A DNA stretch of 64,000 bases from Vicugna vicugna (Eukaryota), in contig MU058037.1 of NCBI GenBank assembly GCA_013265495.1, positions 559,498 through 623,497 of the forward strand, written 5' to 3'. Positions 1 through 10,362 of the stretch are shown piece after piece. The first letter of the stretch is position 1, and each line of letters begins with the position of its first letter. The notes below the pieces were generated by a model. It ran no database searches and was not told the DNA's origin. It worked only from the letters and a program-made list of their open reading frames with translations. Made by a program: the position numbers and the translations under genes.

Positions 1-1640
1 ATGTAGTTTTTCTTTTTGTTCATCGCCCACTAATGTTATTTGCCCCCTTTTTTCTGCTTAGTGGTATTTCTCTTCTTTATTTTAGAAATTACTTATATAT
101 AAAACATGTCATCCTTTGTCGTTTTTCAAATATTTCCCTAGCATCCATTTGTTTCTTATTTCTGCTTGTTTTTTCTTGTAACTTAAAAACGAATATTGTG
201 AAGTTAAATTTACTCTTTTAAAAACGGTTTCTCTCTTTTTATGCTGAGAAAGATTCCCTTGGACCTGGGATAATGCACTATTTTTATAGAAAATATAAGG
301 TTCTGTTTAAAAACACAAATCACTCGTTCACCTATAATTTATTTTGGGGTTAAGCAGAGATTAGCTTTTCTCCAGTACTGCTCCTTCAGCATCATTTATT
401 ACACTATGTTTTATTTCTTTTTTAGTTTAGTTTATATTAATATCATAACTTATTAAATATATATTTCCCCTAGAATTTTTACCCTTTTTGTTTGGTTGGT
501 TTATTCCCATAATAGTACTACAGAGTTTTAACTGCCAGAACTTTTGAACACATTATGATATCTGATTAGGCAAGTACTACTTTAAAAATGTTTCTTGCTT
601 ATTCTTACTTCTTTATTGGTCTCAGTGAACATCTTGTTAAGTTTCAGTTAGAAATCCCTGGCTTCTTAAATTTGATTTAGAGAATACTTTGGAGAGGGTT
701 GACAACTTTAAAATATTTAGTCTTTCTTACCAACAACCTAGTGTGTCTCTCTTCAGTTTATTTAAGTGTTCTTTATGATCTTTAGTCAAGTTTTATAGTT
801 TTCTGCCTATGGATCGTATGCATTTTTTATCTACTTTACTCCTAGGTACTTTATATTTTATTGTTAAGTCTGACGACAGTATATTTTACATTATACCTTC
901 TAACTGGATTTTTCTGCCACGTTTGCAGTTTGTTTGTATATTTATTGTATAACTCACTCCCTCATCAGTATTTTAATAATTCAAATATTTTTCCATCAAT
1001 TTTTATTGTTGTAGTTATTGTAAGACAAGTAATATCATTTTCAGTCAATGGTACTGTTGCCTCTTCTTTTTCTATATTTATAACCTATTTATTTCTCTGG
1101 TCTTATAACTTGAGTAATGTTAAATAAAGGTGATGAGAATCATTGTATTTCTCACATTCCGGACTCTGGTGGGAAGGCACATATTGCTTTACCATTTAGC
1201 ATAAGAAGTATATATGATGTACTAATTTATAATAAATACATATAAATAAATATATAAATATATATAAGTGAGAAGTATATAAACCATCATGTTTATAAAC
1301 TGATGATCTTTTTCTCATTTAATGAGTAGGGATTTTTAAATTTTCAAAACATGAATGTAACTTTCATCTCACCAATTTCCATTTAAGCCTTCTATTGAAT
1401 AATCATTGTTATTCCATGACATAATGATATGATCCATAGCCTTTCTAATACTGAAACATTACATTATTATAAGAAAGTATATGATATGCAGTGGTGTTTT
1501 TTCAACATGTTGCTGGATTCGATTTACAAATACCTTCTTAGGATTTCTTCAGCTATATTAAATAGGCTATTAATTATTTTGTTCATGTTTGTCGGGTGTT
1601 CTATTAAGCTAATTTTTTTGCCCCCAAGAGTTGGTAAAAC
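1..1640 (-). mobile_element. Ancient L1 (L1M/L1ME-like) ORF2 remnant, antisense
   Basis: Degenerate antisense L1 ORF2 motifs, e.g. gttgacaactttaaaatatttagtctttc...gtgtctctcttcagtttatttaagtgttcttt (~698-775) and tgttgctggattcgatttacaaatac (~1508). Confidence 0.7.
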
Positions 1641-1739
1641 TTCCCCCTGACCTCCCTTTAGCAACTCGTCATCTTGCAAATTTAAGACTCTTCCCACTAC
1701 CTTACTTGCTTTCCTCCAAATGCATTCTAAATTGTCTGC

Positions 1740-2220
1740 TCTTTATACTCCAGTGACAGTGTTTGGAATTGCAGGGATGATAATGACAATCTGACCTAGA
1801 ACAGGACCATTGCTTACTGGCTTCTAGATTATATATCGCTACTGACAAAGTTGAAGATAATACCAGCTTTTCCTGGTAGCCACATAATGGTCGTGGCTCT
1901 TGTTAGTCTTATAATCATGTAAAGCCCTGATTCTTTCTTACAAACTTCTGCTTAGCCAGTTGAAAACCTGTCCAGGTGGTTTATTGAATCTGCTGACAGT
2001 GTCTCACACCATTTCCTCTTAAATTTCATCTCATTAGATTCAGATCATTATTTTAGCCTATTTTCATTCTTTTTGAATCCTGCCTCTGTCATCCAATGAA
2101 GTTACTGTCCTTAGTCTCATGCCATTCATAAATGGAACATTTACTTGCTACCCCTTCCTCTTTACCACTGATGAAACCGTAGTTTTAGATAAGCATGAAG
2201 ACAGAGTCTATAGCTAGGCG
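1740..2220 (-). mobile_element. L3/CR1 LINE remnant (RT region)
   Basis: Resembles antisense L3/CR1 consensus: agcttttcctggtagccaca, ttaaatttcatctcattagattcag, tctttttgaatcctgcctctgtcatcca. Confidence 0.7.
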
Positions 2221-2299
2221 CTAAAATCTCCGTGCATACAGATATATATATATATTCATTAATCATTTTGTAAGATCATGCAAATAATTATACATTTGA

Positions 2300-2470
2300 G
2301 TTTATTCTTTCATCAAATAATAATTGAACATTGTCCCTCAGCCAGGCACTGAGGTCGATACTGAAGATTCAACAAAGAATAAAGCTTGTTTCCCCTACTT
2401 GAGGACTCAGTAAAGAAACAAGATGAATTCATTATGGTATTTGTTATGATAGAGAAGTATACAAAACTTT
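2300..2470 (-). mobile_element. L2 3' end fragment
   Basis: ttcatcaaataataattgaacattgtccctcagccaggcactgaggtcgatactgaagattca resembles the antisense L2 tail. Confidence 0.6.
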
Positions 2471-2553
2471 AAAGTCTCTCAAAAAAAATGTAAGGCAAAA
2501 GGGAATAGCTGATAATTATTTTTAAAATCTCATCGATCCATGTATATCTGGTC

Positions 2554-2990
2554 TGTGGTGGGTGCTAGCATACACCACTGAGATGCCTCAGCTGCTGGGA
2601 GGGCTGTCGGTAGGAAGTCCACAGCTGGCATCTCCCTGCAAGATGACTTTGCTGAAGGGAACCACTTTGTCCCAAATCCAATGACTGAGGAGAAGATGTA
2701 AGGGCCCAACCACCTTAACCAACTGGTAACAATTCTTAAGAGTCATTCATTCTAATTTCAGAATTCCCAGTAATGTCAGCTGAGGCTTCCCTTGAGACTG
2801 CCTTGCACTCCAGTTTCCTTCTCTCACTCTTTCTCTCTCTCTTTACTTCTCTCTCTCTCCACTTTCACCCCATTTATGCTTTCTTCTCTTTCCTTCCACT
2901 GGTGTTGATCCCAACGGTACTTTCTTATAAACCTCCTGCGTGCTAATCTCTGTCTCAGAGTCTGCTTCCCAGGGAACTCAACCTGCATCA
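2554..2990 (+). mobile_element. ERVL solo LTR, LTR16C-like
   Basis: TG...CA ends; terminal ataaacctcctgcgtgctaatctctgtctcagagtctgcttcccagggaactcaacctgcatca is typical of the LTR16 group. Confidence 0.75.
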
Positions 2991-3520
2991 TGGTGATACT
3001 AAAGACCAGTTCTGATACACACTTTTCCCCCCAGAGCTACAAAGTTTCTCAAAGCTAGTTGTAAACTAGCTTCATATTTAAGATTTGTATTATCCTTCTA
3101 GCTTCATTAGTTTTTGAGGGTTCAGAACCTGGAAGTAAAATACTTAAACCATTTCAATAATTTCTAAGTAGTCTTGTTTAGGAAAAATACAATTGAGTCA
3201 AATGCCTTTTGAGTTTTGAGTAACATAATAATATACTTAAAGGGAGCATTCAGAAGGTTTACACTACCAGGCATCAAGATAACAAACTACAATAATAGAG
3301 GCAGTATAGAATTTGTTCAAAAAGAAACAAATACACTATTGGAACTCACAAGAATCCAAAAACAAAAAGAAAACCAAAACCGACTGGCAACCTAAAAGAT
3401 ACATTATCAAAAGATATGAATAGTCCCTTCACAAAAGAGGATATCTAATGTGCAATGAGCATATGAAAAGGTATATAACTCATGAGTTATAAAAGAAATG
3501 CAAGTTAAAACCACAAAGAA

Positions 3521-4400
3521 CACATGAAAAAATGCTCACTATCACTAATTATCAGAGAAATGCAAATCAAAACTACAATGAGGTATCCCCTCACATCCGT
3601 CAGAATGGCCATCATTCAAAAGTCCACAAATGACAAATGCTGGAGAGGCTGTGGAGAAAAGGGAACCCTCCTTCACTGCTGGTGTGAATGCAGGTTGGTG
3701 CAGCCACTGTGGAAAACAGTGTGGAGAGTCCTCAAAAGAGTAGGAATAGACTTACCATATGACCCAGGAATCCCGCTCCTGGGCATTTATCCAGAAGGAA
3801 CCTTACTTCAAAAAGACACCTGCACCCCAGTGTTCATAGCAGCACTATTTACAATAGCCATGACATGGAAACAGCCTAAATGTCCATCGACAGATGACTG
3901 GATAAAGAAGTGGTGGTATATTTATACAATGGAATACTATTCAACCATAAAAAACAACACCATAATGCAATTTGCAGCAACATGGATGTCCCTGGAGAAT
4001 GTCATTCTGAGTGAAGTAAGCCAGAAAGAGAAAGAAAAATACCATATGATATTGCTCATATGTGGAATGTAAAAAAAAAAAGAAGAACATAAATACAAAA
4101 CAGAAACAGACTCATAGACATAGAATACAAACTTGTGGTTGCCAAGGGGTGTGGGGGTGGGAAGGGACAGGCTGGGAGTTCAAAATTTGTAGATACTGAC
4201 AGGCATATGCAGAATAGATGAACAAGATTATACTGTATAGCACAGGGAAATATATACAAGATCTTGTGGTAGCTCACAGTGAACAAAATGTGACAATGAA
4301 TATATATATGTTCATGTATAACTGAAAAATTATGCTCTATACTGGAATTTGATACATCATTGTAAAATGACTATAACTCAATAAGAAAAATATTTTTTTA
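3521..4400 (+). mobile_element. Young lineage-specific (camelid-type) L1, 5'-truncated
   Basis: Uninterrupted ORF2 C-terminus, 3'UTR ending tgactataactcaataa plus A/T-rich tail; TSD ccacaaagaa at 3511-3520 and 4406-4415. Confidence 0.95.
3524..4072 (+). pseudogene. LINE-1 ORF2p C-terminal fragment (182 aa, Cys-rich region and C-terminal domain)
   Basis: [21 protein letters not shown]...[26 protein letters not shown]...[25 protein letters not shown] is the canonical ORF2p C-terminus; no EN/RT domains or promoter, so non-autonomous. Confidence 0.93.
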
Positions 4401-5524
4401 AAAACCCACAAAGAAGTGCTTTATATTCACCAGAAAGGCTAAAACTACAAATAGCACAAACTATGGCAATATCAAGAATTTTCAAGTTTGTGGAGCAATT
4501 AGAGCCCTCAAGTACTGCATTTAAGAGTGTAAATTAACTTTAAATATGTGTTTGGTAATATTTACTATAGTTGAGCATACACATACTTTATGACCCAACC
4601 ATTCCATTCCTAGTAATTCTAATATAAATGCATATATACATGAACTAAAAGATATGTAGAAAAAGTTCATAGCAGCATTACTCATGTTACATAGAATTGG
4701 AAACAATCCAGGTGTCCATCAGCAGTAGAATGAAAAAATGAATTGTGGTGTAGTCATGCAGTGGTACATAGCACTCCAATAAAAATGAACCACAGCTACT
4801 AAGACTAACTTCGTAGATCTCACAAACATAATGTTGAACAAACAAAGCCAAACCAAAGGACATATACTTCATACTGTGTGAATCCATTCATATGAAGTTC
4901 AAAAGCAGGCAACACTAATTTATGGTGAGAGAAGTCAAATAGTAGGTCTGTTTTGGGGACAGTACCTGGGAGGGCAGAGCAATGACAGAAACTTCTTGGT
5001 TTCTGTATCTTGAGCTAGGTGGTGGTTTCGTGGGGTTGCTTTTCTTTGTGAAAAATTTATCTATCTGTGCACCCATAGGAAAGTTTGTTTTTTAAGAACT
5101 TAAGTTTTACCTCCTTATTAGGCTTTTTAAGGGTAAAATGAGTTGTATTCATCAGTATCACTTACCTGTTAAGTGCCTTATTCCCTAGGACTTTGATTAG
5201 AAGTTACAAGGAGGGGAATGTTAGGTCTCCATTGCTCTGAGTTTCATCATGAGGATATTCATTAAACTGACCTCTTCCACACTTAGACCTACCTAACGAG
5301 TTATGGTGGCTTGTTTGAGTGTATACTTTAGGAGAGAAACAGTGCAGGAGCAGCTCAGTCTCTCTCTTTTAAGCAAACTGACCTATGCACATTGTGTTCT
5401 TTTTATCCATGCCAAATGTTTTACAGGGGTATCATTGGTATTGCATTGGTTAAGCACTGCCTGCTTTGGTGGGTAAATCATTCTAATAGTAGCACTCCAT
5501 CTAATTGCTGCACATCTAAGAAAG

Positions 5525-6229
5525 TGTCTTAATTCAGTTTCTCCCTCAAAGCGAGGTCTTGGACAAGGACTTTGGTGTATATAATTTATTTGGGAGTTGA
5601 CTCTAGGAAGCAGGAGTGAAGGAATGAATAGAAAAGACAGTGGAGGAAGAAAAATCAATAAAGAATGTGTTCCTAAACTGGTAAATGATCCGGGCCACTG
5701 AAGCTCAATCCCTTTAGGGGCCCTTTGAGAAACCACGTGGAATATTTAGAACTGGCCCTCTGAGGTGCAACCTTCAGCGACCAACTCCTATCTTAGTTGG
5801 TTGAGGGTTTACCCCTAGGAACTCCCACTCCTCCTGGCTACTCTGCTGGACTGCTGAGTAACCTCTTGGGGCTTGCACAAACTAAGTGAGTGAGGCAGGA
5901 TGTTGTTCAGACACAGAAAAGACAAGTACCCCCTTCAATAACATGGGGTTAGAGGCAGCAACTCTATGTGTAGTCAAAAATCTACATATAACTTATAATG
6001 AGCTCTGCATATACACAGTTCTCTCTCTCTATGGTTCCTCTTTAGCCATAGGTTCAACCAACTGTGGGTATTGTAGTACTGTAGTATTTACTATTGGGAA
6101 AACAAATCTGTGCATAAGAGCACCACACAGTTCAAACCTCAATTATTCAACTGAACTTACAACAGGTACAACTAAAGTTTGAGGTAGGCTGAGTGGAATT
6201 GGCCTAGGGCACCAAAAGCCTCTGCTTTA
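5525..6229 (-). mobile_element. ERVL LTR (LTR33-like), interrupted by a Tigger MITE
   Basis: tgtcttaattcagtttctccctcaaagc...taatttatttgggagttgactctaggaagcagg; collinear similarity with the copy at 54524-55030. Confidence 0.7.
5923..6153. mobile_element. TcMar-Tigger MITE (MER8/Tigger2a-like)
   Basis: Start ccccttcaataacatggggttagagg and end cagttcaaacctcaattattcaactg resemble degenerate Tigger2-type TIRs; internal gtagtactgtagtatttactattg. Confidence 0.75.
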
Positions 6230-6371
6230 ATCACCTTCTCCAATATTAAAATTATCACTAATAAAGCTGATATTTTGGTCTCCATATACCTCACTTCTTC
6301 TTACCTATTTTGAGTTGATTTAAGATTGCAAGTGGGTGAATGTTGTTCCTGTTATTTGCTTTGGATTTCTT

Positions 6372-6430
6372 TTTTTTAACTTTTTTTTATTGATTTATAT
6401 TTTTTAAACATTTTTGTATTGATTTATAGG
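6372..6430 (-). mobile_element. Ultra-short young L1 3' terminus, doubled, with 12-bp TSD
   Basis: TSD tttggatttctt at 6360-6371 and 6431-6442; insert is two copies of the L1 tail motif ttaa(a)c(a)tttt..tattgatttata seen at 27453-27476. Confidence 0.8.
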
Positions 6431-6569
6431 TTTGGATTTCTTAAGATACTAACAGTAGCAACCCAAGATTTATTTCTAATTGTTATAAACCTTGTAACTT
6501 AACCGATTTTTAAAGTATTTTATTCTTCCAGCAATACAAAAATAAAGATATACTAGATTTATTCCAACA

Positions 6570-8650
6570 TTATTTATAATTGGAAACAACTAAACTCCCA
6601 TCCATAGGAGATGGCTGAATAAATTGTTTATGGTACATCTATGCAGTGGAGTACTATGGAGCCATAGGAAAGAATGAGGATTATCTCCATGAACTGATAC
6701 GGCACAGTTTTCAGAATATGGTATTAAGTAAAAAACACAAAGTACAAAAGAGCATCTGTTATATGATACTTTTATATAAGATAGACCAGAGGTAAGAATA
6801 TATCTACTCATTTTTACAAGAAGGATCACAGGAATAGTGAGCAGAAACTAATGGAATTAGTTATTTGCGAGGGTGGGTAATAACAGGGTGGAATGGATAG
6901 GAGAAGGAGTGATACCTCTTTGAATATATTTTGTATAGTTTTTACTTTTGGAAATTTGTTAATATATTGCATATTGGAAAATAAAATTGAATCAACAAGG
7001 GTAGGTTGAAAAAACTAAAAGTAAACTCAAACAGAAACAAATGTAACTGTTTTTCAAGTGAACAACATGATTTACAAAGAAGGAAACAAAAAAATTAATC
7101 AAAATAATTTTTAACATAGTACTTTGACTGTAAGTCTTCAATCTAAATACAAAATGAGCTGGAAGGAAATCTTGAACTCTTCAATGGATGCTTGTTTTCC
7201 ATAGTGACATGGGTATAGCAATCCTGAAACCATTTTTGTGTAGTCTAGAAATTAAGAGAATAAAAATATATTTGTGTTTTAGGAAGCCAGACTTCTCTCA
7301 TTTTAAGATGAAAGAAATATAATATGAATTAGGAGAAGGCAAAACAAAAAAGAATTATGGCATTGAACTCAAGTTAGAAATATCAGTGTGACAAGTAAGG
7401 TCCAGATCTTGGTTTCTAAATACCATTCTGCATTAAAAGCAGAAATGGCTGATTCTAGGGCTGGGGCAAGCAAAATAAAAGATGCATCTAGACCATCTTT
7501 TTGTGCCATAAATTAAGGAAGCACTTAAAAAAGAGAATGGCATTTCAAAAAGACTTAGAAGTCATTCTGAAGAGGATCATGCTAGCCAAATTTGGGGAAA
7601 GTGAGCAAAAAAATGCTTGATGACAGGAATTAAGTATAACCCAGTGTATAAGATGAGAATTTATGAGTCCATAGAAATACTTACACACACACACAGACAA
7701 ATAAATAAATGCAAAGGAGGGAAAGCTCTCCCTTGCAGAAGAACAGAAAACGTGACAGAATTAGACAGTGGCCATTTTGCAATCTTATTGTAATCATTTA
7801 TTCAGACAAGAGTCATCAGTGGATATTAATGCTATTAGTTGAAAGTTTGATGGGTAACAGGATATTTACACGATCGAAAAATATTTCCCCACTTATATCT
7901 TATTAATTACAAAAGAAATCCACAGTGAAGAAAGTTGGTAGACATACCCTTTCCAAGCGATCAAAGTTAACATTGCCAATAATGAGACAGACATCATGCA
8001 GCTCCTGATATGAAGCACTAGGAACAGGACTATATACATGTAGTGTCCCTGCCGAAAATGTGTAACCTGATTCTAAAACCAAGAAATCATTAGATAAACA
8101 TAAATAGAGGTTCAGTCTACAAAATAACTGGTCTGTACTCCAAGGAACTCTTCTGTATAAAAAGAGAGTAAAGAGACATGACACCTAAATGCATTTGTGA
8201 TCTCAGACAACATCCTGGCCCATGGAGGAAAAACAATGCAAAGAATATCATTAGTACAATTGGCAAGGCTTGAGTGCACAATATATTAGATAATAATACT
8301 TCATTAGTATGAAAGTCCCAAATCTGATGATAGTACTGTTAACAGGATGTGCTTTTGCTTAAGGCTCTACGTGTTAAAGTATTTAGGGGTAAAGGATCAC
8401 GTTGCTGACAAATGATTGAATTCAATAAATAACTCAGCAAAAGTAAGAGCAGTAATAGTTATTTTTGCTATAATATATAATATTTATAGTATAAAATATA
8501 ATGTTGTTATATGGAGGGGGCAAGCAGATGTGGCAAAGTGAGAACAATGAATTATTCCAGGTGAAGAGTATTTGGGAATTCATTATATTATTCCTACAGC
8601 ATTTATGTAAGTTTGAAGTTTTTTCAAAATACAAATGTAAAAATTAAAAG
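6570..8650 (+). mobile_element. L1MC4-like ORF2 end and long 3'UTR
   Basis: gacagacatcatgcagctcctgatatgaagcac...ctacaaaataactggtctgtactc...aaagagacatgacacctaaatgca; ends tttatgtaagtttgaagttttttcaaaatacaaa. Confidence 0.75.
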
Positions 8651-9417
8651 AAAATTCTTCAGTAACATTTATTTGTAACTTAGTATTTAAAATGTTTTTG
8701 TTTCACAAATTACTTAATGCTTTTTGAAACACAACTGATCACTGTGCCTGGGACTTACTACCTTCTGTAATAATTGGCATATACTGAATATCTCCAAAGA
8801 ACTAGAAAAAATAACTTATGCCAAATATACTCTAATTGGCTAAATTTTGTGACTCATACATCTATTCTTGGAATATGAGCCCAAATAAGGGTTTTTCCTC
8901 AAGCCAATATGCATAACTTGTGCCAAACTTTACAAAAAAGAGCATTTCTCTCTAAATTGGGACACTTTGATCAGTAATTCTGCTTTTATTATATTTTTCC
9001 ATTAATGCTGAATGATTAGAGAAGCTGTTAGTTGATGTTGGCCAATTATTTTAAAATTAATTTACAGAATAAATTCCTGATAAATTCAAAAGATAACTTA
9101 GATTTGTCAAAATGACTTTAATCTCCCTTAACCAAGATGCTTTAAATTAAAGACCTGGATGAATTAAATATAATTTCCTTACCATCTACAGAAGCTGTCT
9201 CAAAATGCTCCGAAGTGTACTTATGACAAGATAAAGTGTTTTATCCTATCAATCAAAATTTTAATATATACTTAGATACTGATGACTAATAGAACAAACT
9301 GAAACTCCTTGTTGGGAAAAAATATAGCTACACAGAATTTGACAAGAAAATTACAGGAATAGATACTCTTTATAAAGTATCTTGGATGGCTTTTTACATA
9401 TATACTTTCTGAACTTA

Positions 9418-9665
9418 TGTTTCCAGGAATATGGAATACGTCTGCTTTTCCTACTCTTCCCACTACATTTAACTAAAATCCCAGGATATATAAACAGATG
9501 TAGTGAAACTCATTAAGAATGAAAGAAGGAAGATCTGCTAGAGATCTCAGGACCTGAGGAATGGCATGGTGGTGAGTTCTTTGGGTTTTCTTTTTGCCTC
9601 ATATATCTCAAAGTTAGAGCTGAAGAAGCTCACAACCCAGAAACACTAATGGGTACAGAGTTTTA
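9418..9665 (+). mobile_element. Old L1 5'UTR fragment (L1MC/L1MD-type)
   Basis: catggtggtgagttctttgggttttctttttgcctcatatatctcaaagttagagctgaagaagc recalled as an L1M 5' end motif. Confidence 0.5.
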
Positions 9666-9679
9666 AAAGTCACAGGGTG

Positions 9680-9875
9680 GATTATACCTTCCACCTCACC
9701 CATACCTAACTTAGATGTTTTGGATGATGAGAATTTGACTCTTAATCTTACAAGACTTAGATGAGAATTTGGACTTGAGTTAATGCTATAATGGATTGAA
9801 ATTTGGGGGGACCTTGGAATAGGGTGAATGTATTTTGGTGAAGGAATGTGTATCTTTGGTGGTCAGAGGATGGAC
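9680..9875 (+). mobile_element. MaLR MLT1-int 3' terminal fragment
   Basis: gatgagaatttggacttgagttaatgct...agggtgaatgtattttg...ggtcagaggatggac (PPT-like) directly abutting the LTR. Confidence 0.7.
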
Positions 9876-10362
9876 TACAGTAGATAGAATAATTTCTCCC
9901 CAAAGAGGTCCAAGTTCTAATGCCTGTAACCTGTTAACATCTTACTTTCTGTGGCAAAAAGGACTTCACAGAAGTAGTTAAATGAAGAACTTTTTAAATA
10001 AAGAGATTATTCTGGTTTTCTGGTTGGACCTAATGTAATCACAATGGATCTGGTCTGTATAAGGAAAAGAGGGAGGCAGGAGAGTTAAAGTCAAAGATGG
10101 AGATGTAATGGAACCAGAAGTCAGAGTGTTGGGATTGCTGACTGAGGACCACAAGCTGAGGAATCTGGGAAGCCTCTAGAAGCTGTAAAAGGCAAGGAAA
10201 TGGATTGTCCTCTAGAGCCTCCAGAAAGAGCTAAATCCTGCTGACATCTTGATTATAGCCCAATAAGACACATTTTGGAATTCTGACATCCAGAACTGTA
10301 AGAAAATTTGTGATTTTTTAAACCACTAAGCTTGTGCATATTTATTTATAGGAAATTAATAC
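9876..10362 (+). mobile_element. MaLR LTR MLT1D
   Basis: gcctctagaagctgtaaaaggcaaggaaatggattgtcctctagagcctccagaa; ttctgacatccagaactgtaaga; end ataggaaattaatac. Confidence 0.9.

Larger units (their letters stand above)
3250..5100 (+). mobile_element. Old L1 (L1ME-like) ORF2 3' end and 3'UTR, split by a young L1 at 3521-4400
   Basis: aaagaaatgcaagttaaaaccacaaagaa (to 3520) continues at 4416 gtgctttatattcaccagaaaggctaaa; later tatgacccaaccattccattcctag and atatgaagttcaaaagcaggcaacactaatttatggtg. Confidence 0.8.

Noticed and set aside
3524..4072. 182-aa ORF as a host or novel gene
   Set aside because: It is the L1 ORF2p C-terminus within a TSD-flanked truncated L1; intactness reflects youth
9726..9771. 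gatgagaatttg repeated around a 22-nt spacer
   Set aside because: Local duplication inside the MaLR internal fragment; only two units, not an array
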